The notes beneath the pieces are model-generated. The model had not been told where the DNA came from. It did not search any database and saw only the letters and a list, made by a program, of their open reading frames with translations. Below are positions 27,351-40,356 of a stretch of DNA of 64,000 nt, one piece after another. The position numbers and the translations under genes were made by a program. The stretch is from positions 45,654,229-45,718,228 of the forward strand of contig NC_057728.1 in NCBI RefSeq assembly GCF_004010195.1. Direction: 5' to 3'. The first letter of the stretch is position 1. Every line of letters begins with the position of its first letter. The stretch comes from Chiloscyllium plagiosum (lineage: Eukaryota).

Positions 27351-27949
27351 ATTATATGCCAACCCCTTGATTTAACACTTAGTGCATGCGTGCTTTGAAG
27401 CCAATATTTAGGATAATTGTAATCATATCACTTGATAAAATGACATGTGATATGTACTGATTCTCTTCACACAATAGCCATACAAGATGGCTATAATACC
27501 TTTCAAAAATGGAAGTGATAGCTGCTGTCAAGCTCAATTTTAAACTATTTAGTTCCATTGAAATATGGCAATAGACTGATATAGCACCAGCTCATGTTTC
27601 ATTTACAGTATTAGTAATAATTAGGCACAGCTGATCTCACGGATATGATCAATTCAAGCCTAACATGCTCTTGACCAATAACTGTTACATTCTTTTTGAT
27701 GTTTTCAATAATTTTGGGTAATGTCTACACTGAAACTTGGACAAAGGATAACCAGAGCAGTAAATGTTTTTATTGTGTTTCCTTCAAAAAATTGACATAG
27801 CCCAATTACAATATTCAATTGTATGCACAGGATTCAGAAAATGTGCAACTGCCTGAAACTAACCTCTCTTTATTCAGCAATCGTGTTGTCAGAACTGTAA
27901 GGACAAGATGAGAAGAGCTGAACTGGCCATCCTCTGTCCAACTTTCTCA

Positions 27950-28295
27950 GTCATACAGTCATACAATTATAGAGTGCAGTAAAGCCCTTTCGGCCCACCG
28001 AGCCTGCACCGACATAACTACCACTCAAGGCGTACTAATCCCAACTTCCTGCACTTGTCCCATATACTTAAATGTTATGATATTTCAAGAGGTCATCCAA
28101 ATGTTTTTCAAAAGTTGTAAGGACTCTAACCTCCATCACTTTCCCAGGCAGCACTTCCAGATTCCCAACAACCTCTGAGTGAAAATGCTTTATTCTCAAA
28201 TCCCCTCTGAATCTCATGCCCCTTGCCATAAAACTATACCCCCTTGTTATAGACCCCATCAACCAAAGGGAACGACTGCTCTTTATTCACCCCTA
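27950..28295 (-). mobile_element. CR1/HER1 3' fragment
   Basis: Minus translation TRGYSF...RFRGDLR...FEKHLD, with a (gtcataca)n tail. Confidence 0.8.
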
Positions 28296-28462
28296 ATAAT
28301 TACAGAATCATAGAATCCTTACAGTCTGGAAGCAGGCCATCCTACCTATCGAGTTAACATTGCTGAGCAGCATGCCTCTCAGACCTACCAAAGTTTGTGA
28401 GAAGATTTGTAGCTCGGGTGCTCATTGTTGTGGTTCTGTTCGCGGAGCTGGGAATTTGTGTT

Positions 28463-28502
28463 GCAGACGTTTCGTCCCCTGTCTAGGTGGCATCCTCAGT
28501 GC
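28463..28502 (-). ncRNA. Hammerhead motif, family B
   Basis: Reverse complement of 30074-30113. Confidence 0.75.
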
Positions 28503-29016
28503 TTGGGAGCCTCCTGTGAAGCGCTTCTGTGATGTTTCCTCCGGCATTTATAGTGGTTTGAATCTGCCGCTTCCGGTTGTCAGTTCCAGCTGTCCATTGC
28601 AGTATATAGGGTCCAGGTCGATGTGCTTATTGATTGAATCTGTGGATGAGTGCCATGCCTCTAGGAATTCCCTGGCTGTTCTCTGTTTGGCTTGTCCTAT
28701 AATAGTAGTGTTGTCCCAGTCGAATTCATGTTGCTTGTCCTCTGCATGTGTGGCTACTAAGGATAGCTGGTTGTGTCGTTTCGTGGCTAGTTGGTGTTCA
28801 TGGATGCGGATCGTTAGCTGTCTTCCTGTTTGTCCTATGTAGTGTTTTGTGCAGTCCTGGCATGGGATTTTGTACACTACATTGGTTTTGCTCATGCTGG
28901 GTATCGGGTCCTTCGTTCTGGTGAGTTGTTGTCAGAGAGTGACTGTTGGTTTGTGTGCTGTTATGAGTCCTAGTGGTCGCAGTAGTCTGGCTGTCAGTTC
29001 GGAAATGTTCTTGATG

Positions 29017-30093
29017 TATGAACAAATCAACGGCACACCCATAGGCTCACCTTCTCTGGACTCATAGCAGAAGCGGTAATGCAAAGATTAGAACAAACAG
29101 TCTTACCGCAAATTCAACCCAAACTCTGGGTCAGATATGTGGATGACACCTTTGTAATCATTAAAAACACAGAAATAGAGAACACACACCGGATCATCAA
29201 TGCCACACTCACAGGAATCTGGAAGAAAAGGACAACCAACTCCCATTCCTAGACGTGATGGTACACAGAGCACCGAACGGAGAATTCACCAAAAAGGTAT
29301 ACAGGAAAGCCACACACACAGACCAAGTCCTAAACTACGAAAGCAACCACCCCAACACACACAAAAGAAGTTGCATCAAGACACTATTCAAAAGGGCCAC
29401 AACACACTGCAGTACACCAGAACTGCAAAAAGAGGAAGAAAAACACCTATTCGCCAAAAATGGATACCCGCGCAATTTCATCAACAGATGCCTAAGGGAA
29501 GGACATCAGAACGAGGACATGCCGCAACCCAAAGGACTAGCCACACTACCATACATCAAGAGCATTTCCGAACTGACAGCCAGACTACTGCGACCACTAG
29601 GACTCATAACAGCACACAAACCAACTCCCACTCTCAGACAACAACTCACCAGACGAAGGACCCATTACCCAGCATGAGCAAAACCAATGTAGTGTACAAA
29701 ATCCCATGCAAGGACTGTACAAAACACTACATAGGACAAACAGGAAGACAGCTAACGATCCGCATCCATGAACACCAACTAGCCACGAAAAGACACGACC
29801 AGCTATCCTTAGTAGCCACACACGCAGATGACAAGCAACATGAATTCGACTGGGACAACGCTACTATTATAGGACAAGCCAAACAGAGAACAGCCAGGGA
29901 ATTCCCAGAGGCATGGCACTCATCCACAGATTCAATCAATATGCACATCGACCTGGACCCTATATACCGACCACTGCAATGGACAGCTGGAACTGACAAC
30001 CGGAAGCGGCAGATTCAAACCACTATAAATGCCGGAGGAAACATCACAGAAGCGCTTCACAGGAGGCTCCCAAGCACTGAGGATGCCACCTAG
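29017..30093 (+). pseudogene. PLE ORF remnant: RT C-half plus GIY-YIG, frameshifted
   Basis: YEQINGTPIGSP, WVRYVDDTF, VYRKATHTDQVLNYESNHP, LPYIK, NVVYKIPCKDCTKHYIGQTGR. Confidence 0.92.
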
Positions 30094-30113
30094 ACAGGGG
30101 ACGAAACGTCTGC
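30074..30113 (+). ncRNA. Hammerhead motif, family B
   Basis: gca-CTGAGGA-T-stem II-GAAAC-GTC-tgc, with stem I gca/tgc. Confidence 0.78.
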
Positions 30114-30309
30114 AAAACAAATTCCCAGCTCGGCGAACAGAATCTCAGACCTACCCCACTAGTCCACAAACCAATCAAATTCTTGTTACATTTCGTCTGC
30201 ATCTCTTTTGGCTCCAATTCTTCTGCACCCGACTTTCAATTATTGTTAATTGAAATAGTTATTGACATGATGGTTGTTTAAAGTGACAGATTACAGGCCT
30301 TTAAAAATA

Positions 30310-30516
30310 TACCCCTAACACATCCCCGAACACTGCAGGCAATTTCCCACAGCCAATCTATCTAATCTGCACCTCTTTGGATTGTGGGAGGAAACCAACG
30401 CAGACACAGGAAGAATGTGCATACTCCACACTGACAGTCACCTGAGGCTGGAATCAAACCTGGGTCCCTGGTGCTGTGAGGCAGCAGTGCTAACCACTGA
30501 GCCACCATTCTGCACC
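30310..30516 (-). mobile_element. HE1 SINE; its 3' tail probably lies at 28301-28389 on the far side of the PLE
   Basis: HE1 head and core on the minus strand. A HER1/HE1-type tail precedes the left TSD. Confidence 0.75.
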
Positions 30517-30663
30517 ATGGCTGATCTGATAATCATAAGAGTCAAAGTCATATACATCGACAGCACAGAAAAAAGCCCTTTGGCCATTCGAGTCTATGGC
30601 AGTCAAAACAGCCACCTAACTATTCAAATCACATTTCCAGCACTTGACCCATAGCCTTGTATG

Positions 30664-30856
30664 TGAAAGTGAGGACTGCAGATGCTGGAGATTAGAGTCA
30701 AGATTAGAGTGTTGCTGGAAATGCAAAGCAGGTCAGGCAGCATCCGAGAAGCAGGAAAATCGACGTGAAGGGCTCCTGCCCGAAATGTCAATGTTTCTGC
30801 TCCTCGGATGCTGTTTGACCTGCTGTGCATTTCGAGCAACTCTCTAATCTTGAACT
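30664..30856. mobile_element. Fold-back family A element
   Basis: Inverted arms, tail on the left arm. TSD atagccttgtatg at 30651-30663 and 30857-30869. Confidence 0.88.
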
Positions 30857-31388
30857 ATAGCCTTGTATGCCTTGGCATCGCAAGTGCACATCTTAAAAAC
30901 GTCTTAAATGTTTTGATGGTTTCTATGTCTACCACCGTTACAGGCAGGGAGTTCCAGATTCCTACCACCCTCTGGGTGAACAAAATGACCTCACATCCCT
31001 TCTAAACCTTGTGCCCCTTTCCTTAACTCTATGCCACTGGTCATTGATGCCTCTATCATTGGGGAAAGGTTTCTTTCGGTTCTACCCTATCTAGGCCCTC
31101 ATAATTTCAGACATCTCAATCACGTCCCCTCTCAATCTCCTCTGCTCTAAGGAAAACAAGCCAAATCTTTCCAATCTCTCTTCATAACTGCAAGTCTCTA
31201 GCTCAGGCAACGTCCTGGTCAATCTCCTCTGCACCCTCTCCAGTGGTATTAGATCCCTCCCGTAATGTGGATTCCACAACTACACATAATACTTAAGCTG
31301 TGGCCTAACCATTGTTTTATAAATTTCCAGCATAACCTCCCTGCTCTTAAACCCTATGCTGTGACTAACAAGGGCAAGTATACCATAT

Positions 31389-31886
31389 TGATACCATGGG
31401 GTTGGAGTGTCCTGAGGCGGGAGATGAGGCATTCTGCCTCCAGGTGTCAGGGTGGTAAGGGAGTGGCAATGGAGGAGGCCCAGGACCTGCATGTCCTTGG
31501 CAGAGTGGGAAGGGGAGTTGAAGTGTTCAGCCACGTGGCGGTGGGGTTGGTTGGCGCAGGTGTCCCGGAGGTGTTCTCTGAAGGGTTCTGCTAGTTAGCG
31601 TCCTGTCTCTCCAAAGTAGAGGAGACTGCATCGGGAGCAATGGATACAGTAAATGACGTATGTGAAAGTGCAGGTGAAACTTTGATGAATGTGGAAGGCT
31701 CCTTTGGGACCTTGGATGGAGGTGAGGGGAGAGATGTGGGCCCAGGTTTTGCAATTCCTGCAGTGGCAGGGGAAGATGCCTGGAATCTTGATTTTCCTGC
31801 TCCTCAGATGCTGCCTGACCTGCTGTGCATTTTCAGCACCACACTCTCGACTCTAATTTCCAGCATCTGCAGTCCTCACTTTCACT
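31389..31886. mobile_element. Neptune-like PLE: GIY-YIG fragment (minus) plus inverted family A end (plus)
   Basis: Minus translation VIYCIHCSRCSLLYFGETGR...RFREH...VAEHFNSPSHS. TSD aagtataccatat at 31376-31388 and 31887-31899. Confidence 0.88.
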
Positions 31887-31994
31887 AAGTATACCATATG
31901 CTTCCTTAACTACGTTATTCATTTGTTTGATATTTTAAGAGACTGGTATCCCTCTGATCATTGGTATATCCAGGGTCCTATCGCTCATCATGTG

Positions 31995-32106
31995 AAACAC
32001 ACATAGATATGGTGATAAAGTGCAAACTCCACACAGACAGTGACCTGAGGGTGGTAATGAACCTGGGACCCTGGTGCTGAGGCAGCAGTGCTAGCCACTG
32101 TGCCAT
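31995..32106 (-). mobile_element. HE1 SINE 5' fragment
   Basis: tgcaaactccacacagacag...gaggcagcagtgctagccactg. Confidence 0.75.
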
Positions 32107-35064
32107 CTAGTTAAATATCACACATGTTAAAACAATAGTCAAATAAAAAATTCAGATATTGTATGCACTATTCACCTGGGAAGTGAAAGCATTCCTATGT
32201 TAAAAAGAAAGTAGTTCTGTGATTTTGACAGTACAGATAACAGTTCTACTCTGATCTTTTTATGTGTCTTACAAGTCAGTCAGCCTCAGTTTAATTAAGC
32301 CACTTGCAATCTCACAGGACGAGAAATAGGTGGCATCCCGGTGTGGATTTCTGCAATCTTCATTGATTTTTGAGGCCATTACACTGTTGGCTACACATAT
32401 TTGTAATTATAATGAACAATGAACAATAGTACAATTCAGTGGCACATTCATTCATAAGCCTGGAGGTTCTCCTATTACACTTTGTTTGCCTGAATGCACC
32501 ATTAAATGTACTTGATTTGAACTCTGCTTCAGGCAAGGATATAGTTGTTAAATAATAGTCATGCAGGTGATAATTGAATATCATGTTTTTAAACCTCAAT
32601 TTTTAAATGTACTTGTTGCATAAACTATGGAAATTGAATTTATTGAGTTAAAAGTTCAGAACTATTCAGACACAGGTCACATTCACAAATTGCATAAACT
32701 GTTCATCCCTACAGATGTCCCCAAAGTTAAGGTAAATAGGATTTATTTGAGTACTTCTAGATGTTCACACTCCAGATCTACGAAGTTTTTGGATTTTCTA
32801 TGTTCTTTTGTTTGCTTGTCCTCTGCGATTACAGCTCCAGGTTTTCCAGCACACTTCATCAATATAAATGGAGTAGTTCAAAAGGGATAGAGAGAGGATT
32901 AGGTAAATGTAGTGGCAGGGTCCCAAGACTATATAGGCAATGGCATCAGCCACAACTAATAGTAAATCATGTAGATTCAATTCCCAGTGTGGGAATACAC
33001 AAGCTGTCACCATGTGGCAAAGGGAGCTAAGACCCCTTGATCCAGAACATTTTAAAAAATAAACAGCTTGGATTCCCCATTCCTGACAGCTAACCAGTAA
33101 CATTGCTGAAAAGCAAAATTAGGCATTGACTGAAGACAGGATTCAAATTGATTTTGGTCTAATTATCAGCCCACTATTCATCATCTGGCCTTACTAATGA
33201 AGAATGGCCATTTCATCAATGCACCAGAGGGTGTTGATAGCAATGTAAACCTACTCTAGCAAATCAGGGACTTAAAAATTGTGAAAAAAGGCAGAAAAAT
33301 AAATGCAAAAATAACTTTACCAATTCCCAAGTTTAAGGTGGAGGTCCGAATCACTGAATCATTAGTTTGTTGTTTGATTCTGTAATATGATATTCCTACA
33401 CTCGCTGACAAAAAGACTACAGGAAGCATCATGTTCTCTCCTCTACTGCAGTCTAGTGGTATGTAGAGTTCCAAAAGATAGCATTACACCAGTCATTTAG
33501 TCTGACATTAAAAAAAACACAAATAGGTGAACACATATGGGCATCACCATTTCATAATCATTATTACATTGCATTTTTGTAAAAGGTAAAGGCAAAATTA
33601 CACACAAGATATTGGGTTCTCATGGAAAATTGCCAGAGATCATATAGAGCAAGTATTGTGCAACTAGTTCACAAATTACAGATGGAATTTCATAAACATG
33701 GTAGCTTCGATAAAAAAACAGAAATGTTATATTTTAATACTAAAACCAACATAATTTAATCATCACTGTGATAAATTGATCTGACCTTGCACACTTAAAA
33801 GTTGAATGTATTTCATGGAGGAATAAATGAGCATTTTAGAAACAAAATTACCTGACAGGTATGAATATTGGTATACCCACAATATTTTATAAAATATAAT
33901 GCTTGGTTAGATAACCTATATTATATGTTAAAAATTACACAACCCCAGGTTATAGTCCCACAGATTTATTTGAAAGTACAAGCTTTCAGAGCATTGCTCC
34001 TTCACACCTCCATGTCATGACATATTATATCTATCATTATACTTTTCCATGAAACTAAATTGTGGAATTACATGTTTATTAGTTTATCAAAAAATTTTCA
34101 ACCACTGCAGAATTTATTCTTGTACTGAAACAATTAAAATGTTCTTGAATTCAGTCTTCATTTTGAAAAAAAATCTCTTTTTGGTGGTAGTAAATTGCTG
34201 GAGAACCAATAAATGTAAAATTAGACCAGATTACCTTTGCAAGGATGATTATGATGACTCCCTTTCTAAAAAAAAAGACAGATAATAACAATGTAAAGCA
34301 CTAAATAATGGCAGTAAGCAATGGTGTCAGGCGAGGAATTTGACAGCCTGCACTTGGGTGGGCAGAGGATGGAGATAGCAAATGGTTTTGTAGCAGGGAT
34401 GAACTTGAAGAATTCACTAACGAGGAAAACAAGAATGAGAGAAAAGGAAGATTGTGACAGGAAAATGGAAAGAGACTCTGTAGCCTGAACAGCTGCATGA
34501 TGGTTTTAATCTTGGAAACAATAAGATCCTTGCATTTGGTGGTGGAGGTGAAGATGGAAGTACAAGGAAAAGAAGACAAGAGATTGGTATATTGAAGGTG
34601 ACCTCAGAGTTAGACTAGTATATGGATAAGTGCACACAAACATTGTCAAAGCATAACACAATATGGAAGATAACTTCTCTCAAAGTGCTTTTTCATTCAA
34701 CTCCATTGGTGGAATATTCTGCTTCTGAAGGGGGCAAAGTTGGAGATGTGGGATAGTTGGGATTAGGTGCTCAGTGGAAAGGACCATGTTACCCAACTGC
34801 CAATTGAGATCCTTAAATGGTAAGTTAAGAACAATTTAAAGGCCTTAGCTGCAGGTATATGGCTAATGAACACCATATCCTGCCATCACTCTGAAACCGC
34901 CTTCTCCTATCTCTGTGACTCTTAGCTACTGGGATCCACAGCTCCACAAGGGCCTGTCATCAAGCGGCATCATTGACAGGTCAACCTGTACCAGCAGCTT
35001 GTAACTGTGGTGCATGTGAAGTTGCAGGTGAAGGAGAGGGTGGGGAACTCATGATTAAAGCTGC

Positions 35065-35385
35065 TTTTCTTTATTCATTCATGCGATGTCGGCATTGCTG
35101 GCTGAACTCATCCCTAATTGTCCATAGAGCAGGTAAGAGTCAACTGCATTGTTTTGTTTTGAATCTCCAGATCAGATAAGGTCAGCTGTTTCTTCACTAA
35201 AGGACATTAGCGTACAAGTTTTCTTTCCCTCTGACAATTGACAATGGTTTTATGGTCATCATTAGATTCTTGATTCCACATTTTTATTGAATTCAAATTC
35301 CACCATCTGCCATAACAGAATTCAAACCTGGGTCCCCAGAACATTACCTGGGGTTTCTGGATTATTAGTCTAGCAAAAGTAATGG
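35065..35385 (-). mobile_element. SacSINE1/DeuSINE-like SINE
   Basis: Reverse complement of the 15042-15582 SINE blocks. Confidence 0.65.
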
Positions 35386-37917
35386 AATAATTGAAAAGCG
35401 CTTTGATATATCTTGATAATAAGACAAGATGTTGTGGAAATGCAGGTTTGTACTTCCGTACCTTTGGATTAGGGCAGAGAAATGGTCAAATTCCACTTAG
35501 GAGAACTGTCATTGTGAACTTTAATTTGAGAAAGATCCCACCCCATAACCTCAATTGTAATTTCTCCATACAGAATCAATAGTTCTCAAGGAAATGAATG
35601 AATTACACTAGATATGAATTACACATTTCATTTAAGTCCCTACAATTAGAAACTTGCTTCATACTGTGTATACTTTGGTCCAGTTACAAGTGATATATGA
35701 TTTAATAAAGATTCGTACACATATAGTTTTGAAACTTGGCTCAAGAGTTTCTACAAGGAAATTGCAAGTTATGTAACCACATACTACAACAGAACACTGT
35801 TCAATCAAGTACTGATACACAAGTTCACCAAATCAAATGAATGTCTGTTTATGGAAGTGGTATGGTTCCCTAAAACAACTTTAAACCTTTCCTCATTTTC
35901 TACAGATTAAGGGCTGGAGACTTCAACGAAACATTGTCTTACTATTTAAATTAATGCTTTGACAATCTTCAAGCTGCCTAACAACTTCCATGAGATTGCA
36001 TGAGATTAAATATTAAATTATCCAAACAGACAAATTTCTGTATGAGTTGAAAATGCTATTTGTATAAGGAAGGGCCAATAAGAACAATAGTTTTAGAGAC
36101 AGCGATCCAGACCTCACTGAATGAAAAAGAACACAGTGTCCAACAGGCATTTCATTCAAGCAGCTTTTGGAAACAAGTGAAGCTCCTAATAAATAATGCA
36201 AAATGAGTTCCACATCAAGCTTTAATTCTGTTCAGCAAATGCAGTTGTTATTTGTGCAAAGGAATTGAATGAAATCAAAAACAAATGTGGGATAAAGTGC
36301 AACCAGAATTGAAATTTCCCTGTGCGCTTGTCAAAAGATGTTCATTAAACACCTCTTGAGAAAGATGGCAATCTGTTGCGAGTTTAGATTCAACAGAGAA
36401 TGCAGCTTGAGCTGTTTAGTCTTTGTTTTCCTGTCCAGTACAAAAAGGATTGCCTGGTCCTTGCTGCATAATTTGATTTGAGACACAAACTCTCATATGC
36501 AAATCTTATCATTTGCACAACACTTCAATCCTTCTTTATAATTGCCAATTTTGAATCTCTGTGCTGTATTTAAAATTTTAATCTCCATCTGCCTATTTCC
36601 AAGAGAGAATGCCTTAAGTGTTTGCTTATTCTTAAGCAAAGATAGGAGACACCAGCAGAAACATCTGCTGGCTTCCCTCTTACCTGTTCACTTTGGAATC
36701 TTGCCATGTAAGCCCACATTTTCTGATCGCATGAGAGAGAAGCAACATAAATGGCAGGAAAAGATCACATCTTTTCTCACATCTCTCCACCAATACCTCC
36801 CATACAGCTATACAATCTTACACACAAAAGAAACATAGAAGGTATTTAGGGTAGATTATTTCAAAATTGCGTCTTAGAAACCAAAGGGGAAACACAGAAT
36901 ATTCAAGGGTTAACATTTACTGATAACACAACCTTTGGTAGTCTACCTAACTTCTATATGCAGACATACTTGTCATTCATTTCGAACATTCGGCACTGAG
37001 TTGCATGCTCACAATTTATTCCAGAGGTCAATGACGTTCCTCAACAAAGACCTCTTAGCATTTAAGTTCAACCTCTTGATGTTCAATACAATTCTGATCG
37101 AGCTTAATTTTCTACCCTTCATAAACTTCAAACTTATGCTGCCCAGGTCCTAATTCGCACCAAGTTCTATTTATCCCTTGTCACTCTGTTTATTGATCCG
37201 CATTGACTCCTAGTTAAGCAATGCCTCAGTTGTGGAAATGCCACCTTGTGTTAAAATCCATTCAAGACAATGCCTCTCTCTGTTTCTGTAAAGTTCTTCA
37301 ACCCTGCGAGACTCCAATGACATTTGCATTCCTCTAATTATATTATCTTGAGGGCTCCAGTTTGAATTTTTCCAATTCTTGTCGCTATACCTTCAGATAG
37401 TTGCCTTATCTATAGGATCCCTTCCCGAAAGCTTACGATCTCTTCCTTCCTTTAAGTTTTTGATAAAATCTACCATTTTGAAAAGTTACGTGCTTTATCC
37501 TGTCACCCTTGGGATTTAACCAGAGCTGAGAAAGGCTGTGCCAATCGTCCAGCCTGGCAGCTTTCATTGTGGTAGGTGTCGGGCAATGAAACTTAGTAGC
37601 GCTTCTTTACTAGGGCAAATCAGAGGCCAATGGCAGATGGCTAATGCAGGACATTGCAGAAGTCCTGTTGTAACTCATCTAATGGCCAGTTGGCTGTTAA
37701 ATGACTACAGGGTGAGCAGCCTGTGTGACATGTACAGTTCGTGTACCTCAAAATTGCATGTTTGATGTACGTTACAAAACCCTACTTTTGGACATTAAAA
37801 ATAGCCACTCACGTGAAATAGTTTCCACCTGAAAAGAAAACTTCTTCAAGTAACTTACCTGACTAACTTGTTTGATTCAATCCAATTGACTTTTGACATG
37901 GTCTCACATTTCAGACT

Positions 37918-38032
37918 AGGAGGAGAAAGTGAGGACTGCAGATGCTGGAGATCAGAGCTGAAAATGTGTTGCTGGAAAAGCGCAGCAGGTCAGGCAGCAT
38001 CCAAGGAGCAGGAGAATCGATGTTTCGGGCAT
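37918..38032 (-). mobile_element. HHR family A arm with tail
   Basis: Closely matches the reverse complement of about 27225-27345. Confidence 0.85.
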
Positions 38033-38731
38033 AAATTCTAGTGTGCAATGAAAGCATAAATTTAGGGTTTACCATTGATAGTGGAAGAATGGGGTGGGTG
38101 AGGTGTGTTAACAGAGTCTTACATGGATTCAAACACAACCGGGATCTTGGATTCATGTCACACTACAGGTGACCACCATTGCACTATACACACACACACA
38201 GACACTCCTACACACACATACAGGCACTCCCATACACACACATACACACGTATACACAGACACGCACACAGACACAAACACTCCTACAGACACACACTCC
38301 CACACTCACACATGCACCCTCTCACAGACTTAGACACCTAACACTTACATACACACACATATACACTCTCTCTCACACTCACAACACCCCACCTCAGACA
38401 CCCACACCCACACACAAACACACGCAAAAGCCCACATGCACACATATACATATATGTTTGTGGAGTAAATTTGTACTTGCAGAGTTGCATTGTACTTTGC
38501 TCAAAAACTGTATGAATCAGTCTAAACATTATGGCACAGACAGGGAACACAGGGGACTAACACCTTCAACATATTATCTGGCTGACACCAATTGTTACAG
38601 TTAAGCTGAGAATGTAACCTTTTAAAAAACGTTTTGTGATTTACATTTGAAAGAAATGAAACTATCATGGTCATTCTAACTGATGAAAGCTTCAACAAAA
38701 AATCAAGGTATTTTTCAATGGATAATTTCAG

Positions 38732-38943
38732 GATTCTGGATTAGTGGTGCTGGAAGAGCACAGCAGTTCAGGCAGCATCCAAGGAGCAGCGAAATCGACG
38801 TTTCGGGCAAAAGCCCTCCTGATGAAGGGCTTTTGCCCGAAACGTCGATTTCGCTGCTCCTTGGATGCTGCCTGAACTGCTGTGCTCTTCCAGCACCACT
38901 AATCCAGAATCTGGTTTCCAGCATCTGCAGTCATTGCTTTACC
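38732..38943. mobile_element. Perfect fold-back family A subfamily element nested in family C
   Basis: 86-bp perfect arms at 38732-38817 and 38826-38911. TSD taatttcag at 38723-38731 and 38944-38952. Confidence 0.92.
38819..38846 (+). ncRNA. Hammerhead motif, family A
   Basis: CTGATGA-A-GGGC-TTTT-GCCC-GAAAC-GTC. Confidence 0.78.
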
Positions 38944-39144
38944 TAATTTCAGTTACATCACACTGTAGACTTTTGCTATAAATTCTGTGTCTTACAATTG
39001 TGTACTCCACACCCACCTGATGAAGGAGCGTTGGACTGTAACCTGGTGTTGTGTGATTTTTAAGAGTGAAAAGAAACTATTTGAAGCAGATACTATGCAG
39101 CTTACATTGCACAATTAGGAATGGAATTATAAACAATTAACTAT

Positions 39145-39410
39145 TTTTTATTCATTTGTGGGATGGGGGTAACCCACCCTGAGCAACACTTATTGCCATC
39201 CCTAATTGCACAGAGGGCGGTAAAGAGTCAACCATATTGCTGTGGGTATGGAATCACATGTAGGCCAGACTAGGTAAGCATTGAAGTTCCCATTCCTGAA
39301 GGACATTAATGAACCCTTGGGGTTTTCCAACAATTGGCATTGGATTCATGGTAAGCATTCGACTTTTTATTCCAGATTTTTATTGAATTCAAATTCTACC
39401 ATCTGCCAAC
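39145..39410 (-). mobile_element. SacSINE1/DeuSINE-like SINE fragment
   Basis: gagtcaaccatattgctgtgg...cacatgtaggccagac core. Confidence 0.65.
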
Positions 39411-40356
39411 TTAATCATGAAGTAAATGTAAAGGAATGAGTAAAAATAGAGGACCATGGCAAATGCTACAGAAAGAAGACTGTGCAATAGTCAGATTCAT
39501 TCAAAGTGTCATGGGTAACTTTAACCACCAATACTGTGGGTAAAGTGAAAACCATACTGAAAGGGTTAAAACATGGGAAATTCTGGAAAAGATGGATGAA
39601 AATATATTTTAGAAGCTGACCCTGTCCATCATTTACTTTGTGAGGTTTGGACAGAAGGAAATGAGAAAACCTTAGTCTCCAGGCTTCTCTTGAGGGTTCT
39701 ATCAAGCCACTGATGAAATTATGACAGGAGGTGAGCAAAGCTCTTTACAGATTTCTGTTATATAACTTTCATATGCTTTTTAAATTAACATCAAGTCAAA
39801 CTTCTTCATACTGTAGCCAAAACTAGATTAAATAAAGGGTCATATTTTTTCACAAAATTATAAGGTTGAGTTTTATGGGTGCACTTAGTTAAATTCAAAA
39901 CACTGTTAAGTTTGTCTTGTTTTTGCAATAAAACAAGAAATAAATGTCTTGGTGCACCTGCAGTTTTAATTCTTACATTTGATCATCAATGCATGATTGA
40001 CAGCAGCCTAATTACCAGAGTATGGAAAATAGTCTTTCAGTGGAAAATGAATTCAGCTTTAATAGTTATGCAAAACATTTTTATACAGCAATTTCCTGCT
40101 TACCAAGCAAACAGCTTTATTTATTCTTCAATAAAGTTTTATGAATACCACACAGAATATTCCAGCATGTGACATGGATGCTGTGAATTGAAATTAACAC
40201 CATTTTGGAACCAAAAACTCGGTGTGTTATTAGTTGCATAATGATTTTTTTTTCTCTGCATCTGAATTTATTCATATATTTTGAATGTAAGTAGCTTCAA
40301 GTATTGTTAAGCATTAAAAATGTTCACTTTTTGGAAGTGTGCACTTTTAAATAATA

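Larger units (their letters stand above)
28390..30142. mobile_element. Penelope-like element (Poseidon/Penelope-type, family B) with inverted arms
   Basis: Minus arm 28390-29020 (GIY-YIG, HHR, tail) is joined to plus arm 29017-30142 (RT, GIY-YIG, HHR). 13-bp TSD tctcagacctacc at 28377-28389 and 30143-30155. Confidence 0.95.
30531..31990 (-). mobile_element. CR1 LINE 3' fragment with two nested PLE insertions
   Basis: Minus translation LERVQRRLTRTLP...GLFSLEQRRLRGDVIE; the sequence resumes after both TSD pairs. Confidence 0.85.
38125..39062 (+). mobile_element. PLE family C 3' end: ORF C-terminus, CA-rich UTR, deleted HHR
   Basis: aaccgggatcttggattcatgtcacactacaggtga translates NRDLGFMSHYR*. 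CA-rich tract 38180-38450. Ends cctgatgaaggagcg..ttggactgtaacctggtgttgtgtg. Confidence 0.7.

Noticed and set aside
38105..38604. His/Thr-rich ORFs
   Set aside because: Translation of the CA-rich tract in a PLE 3' UTR.
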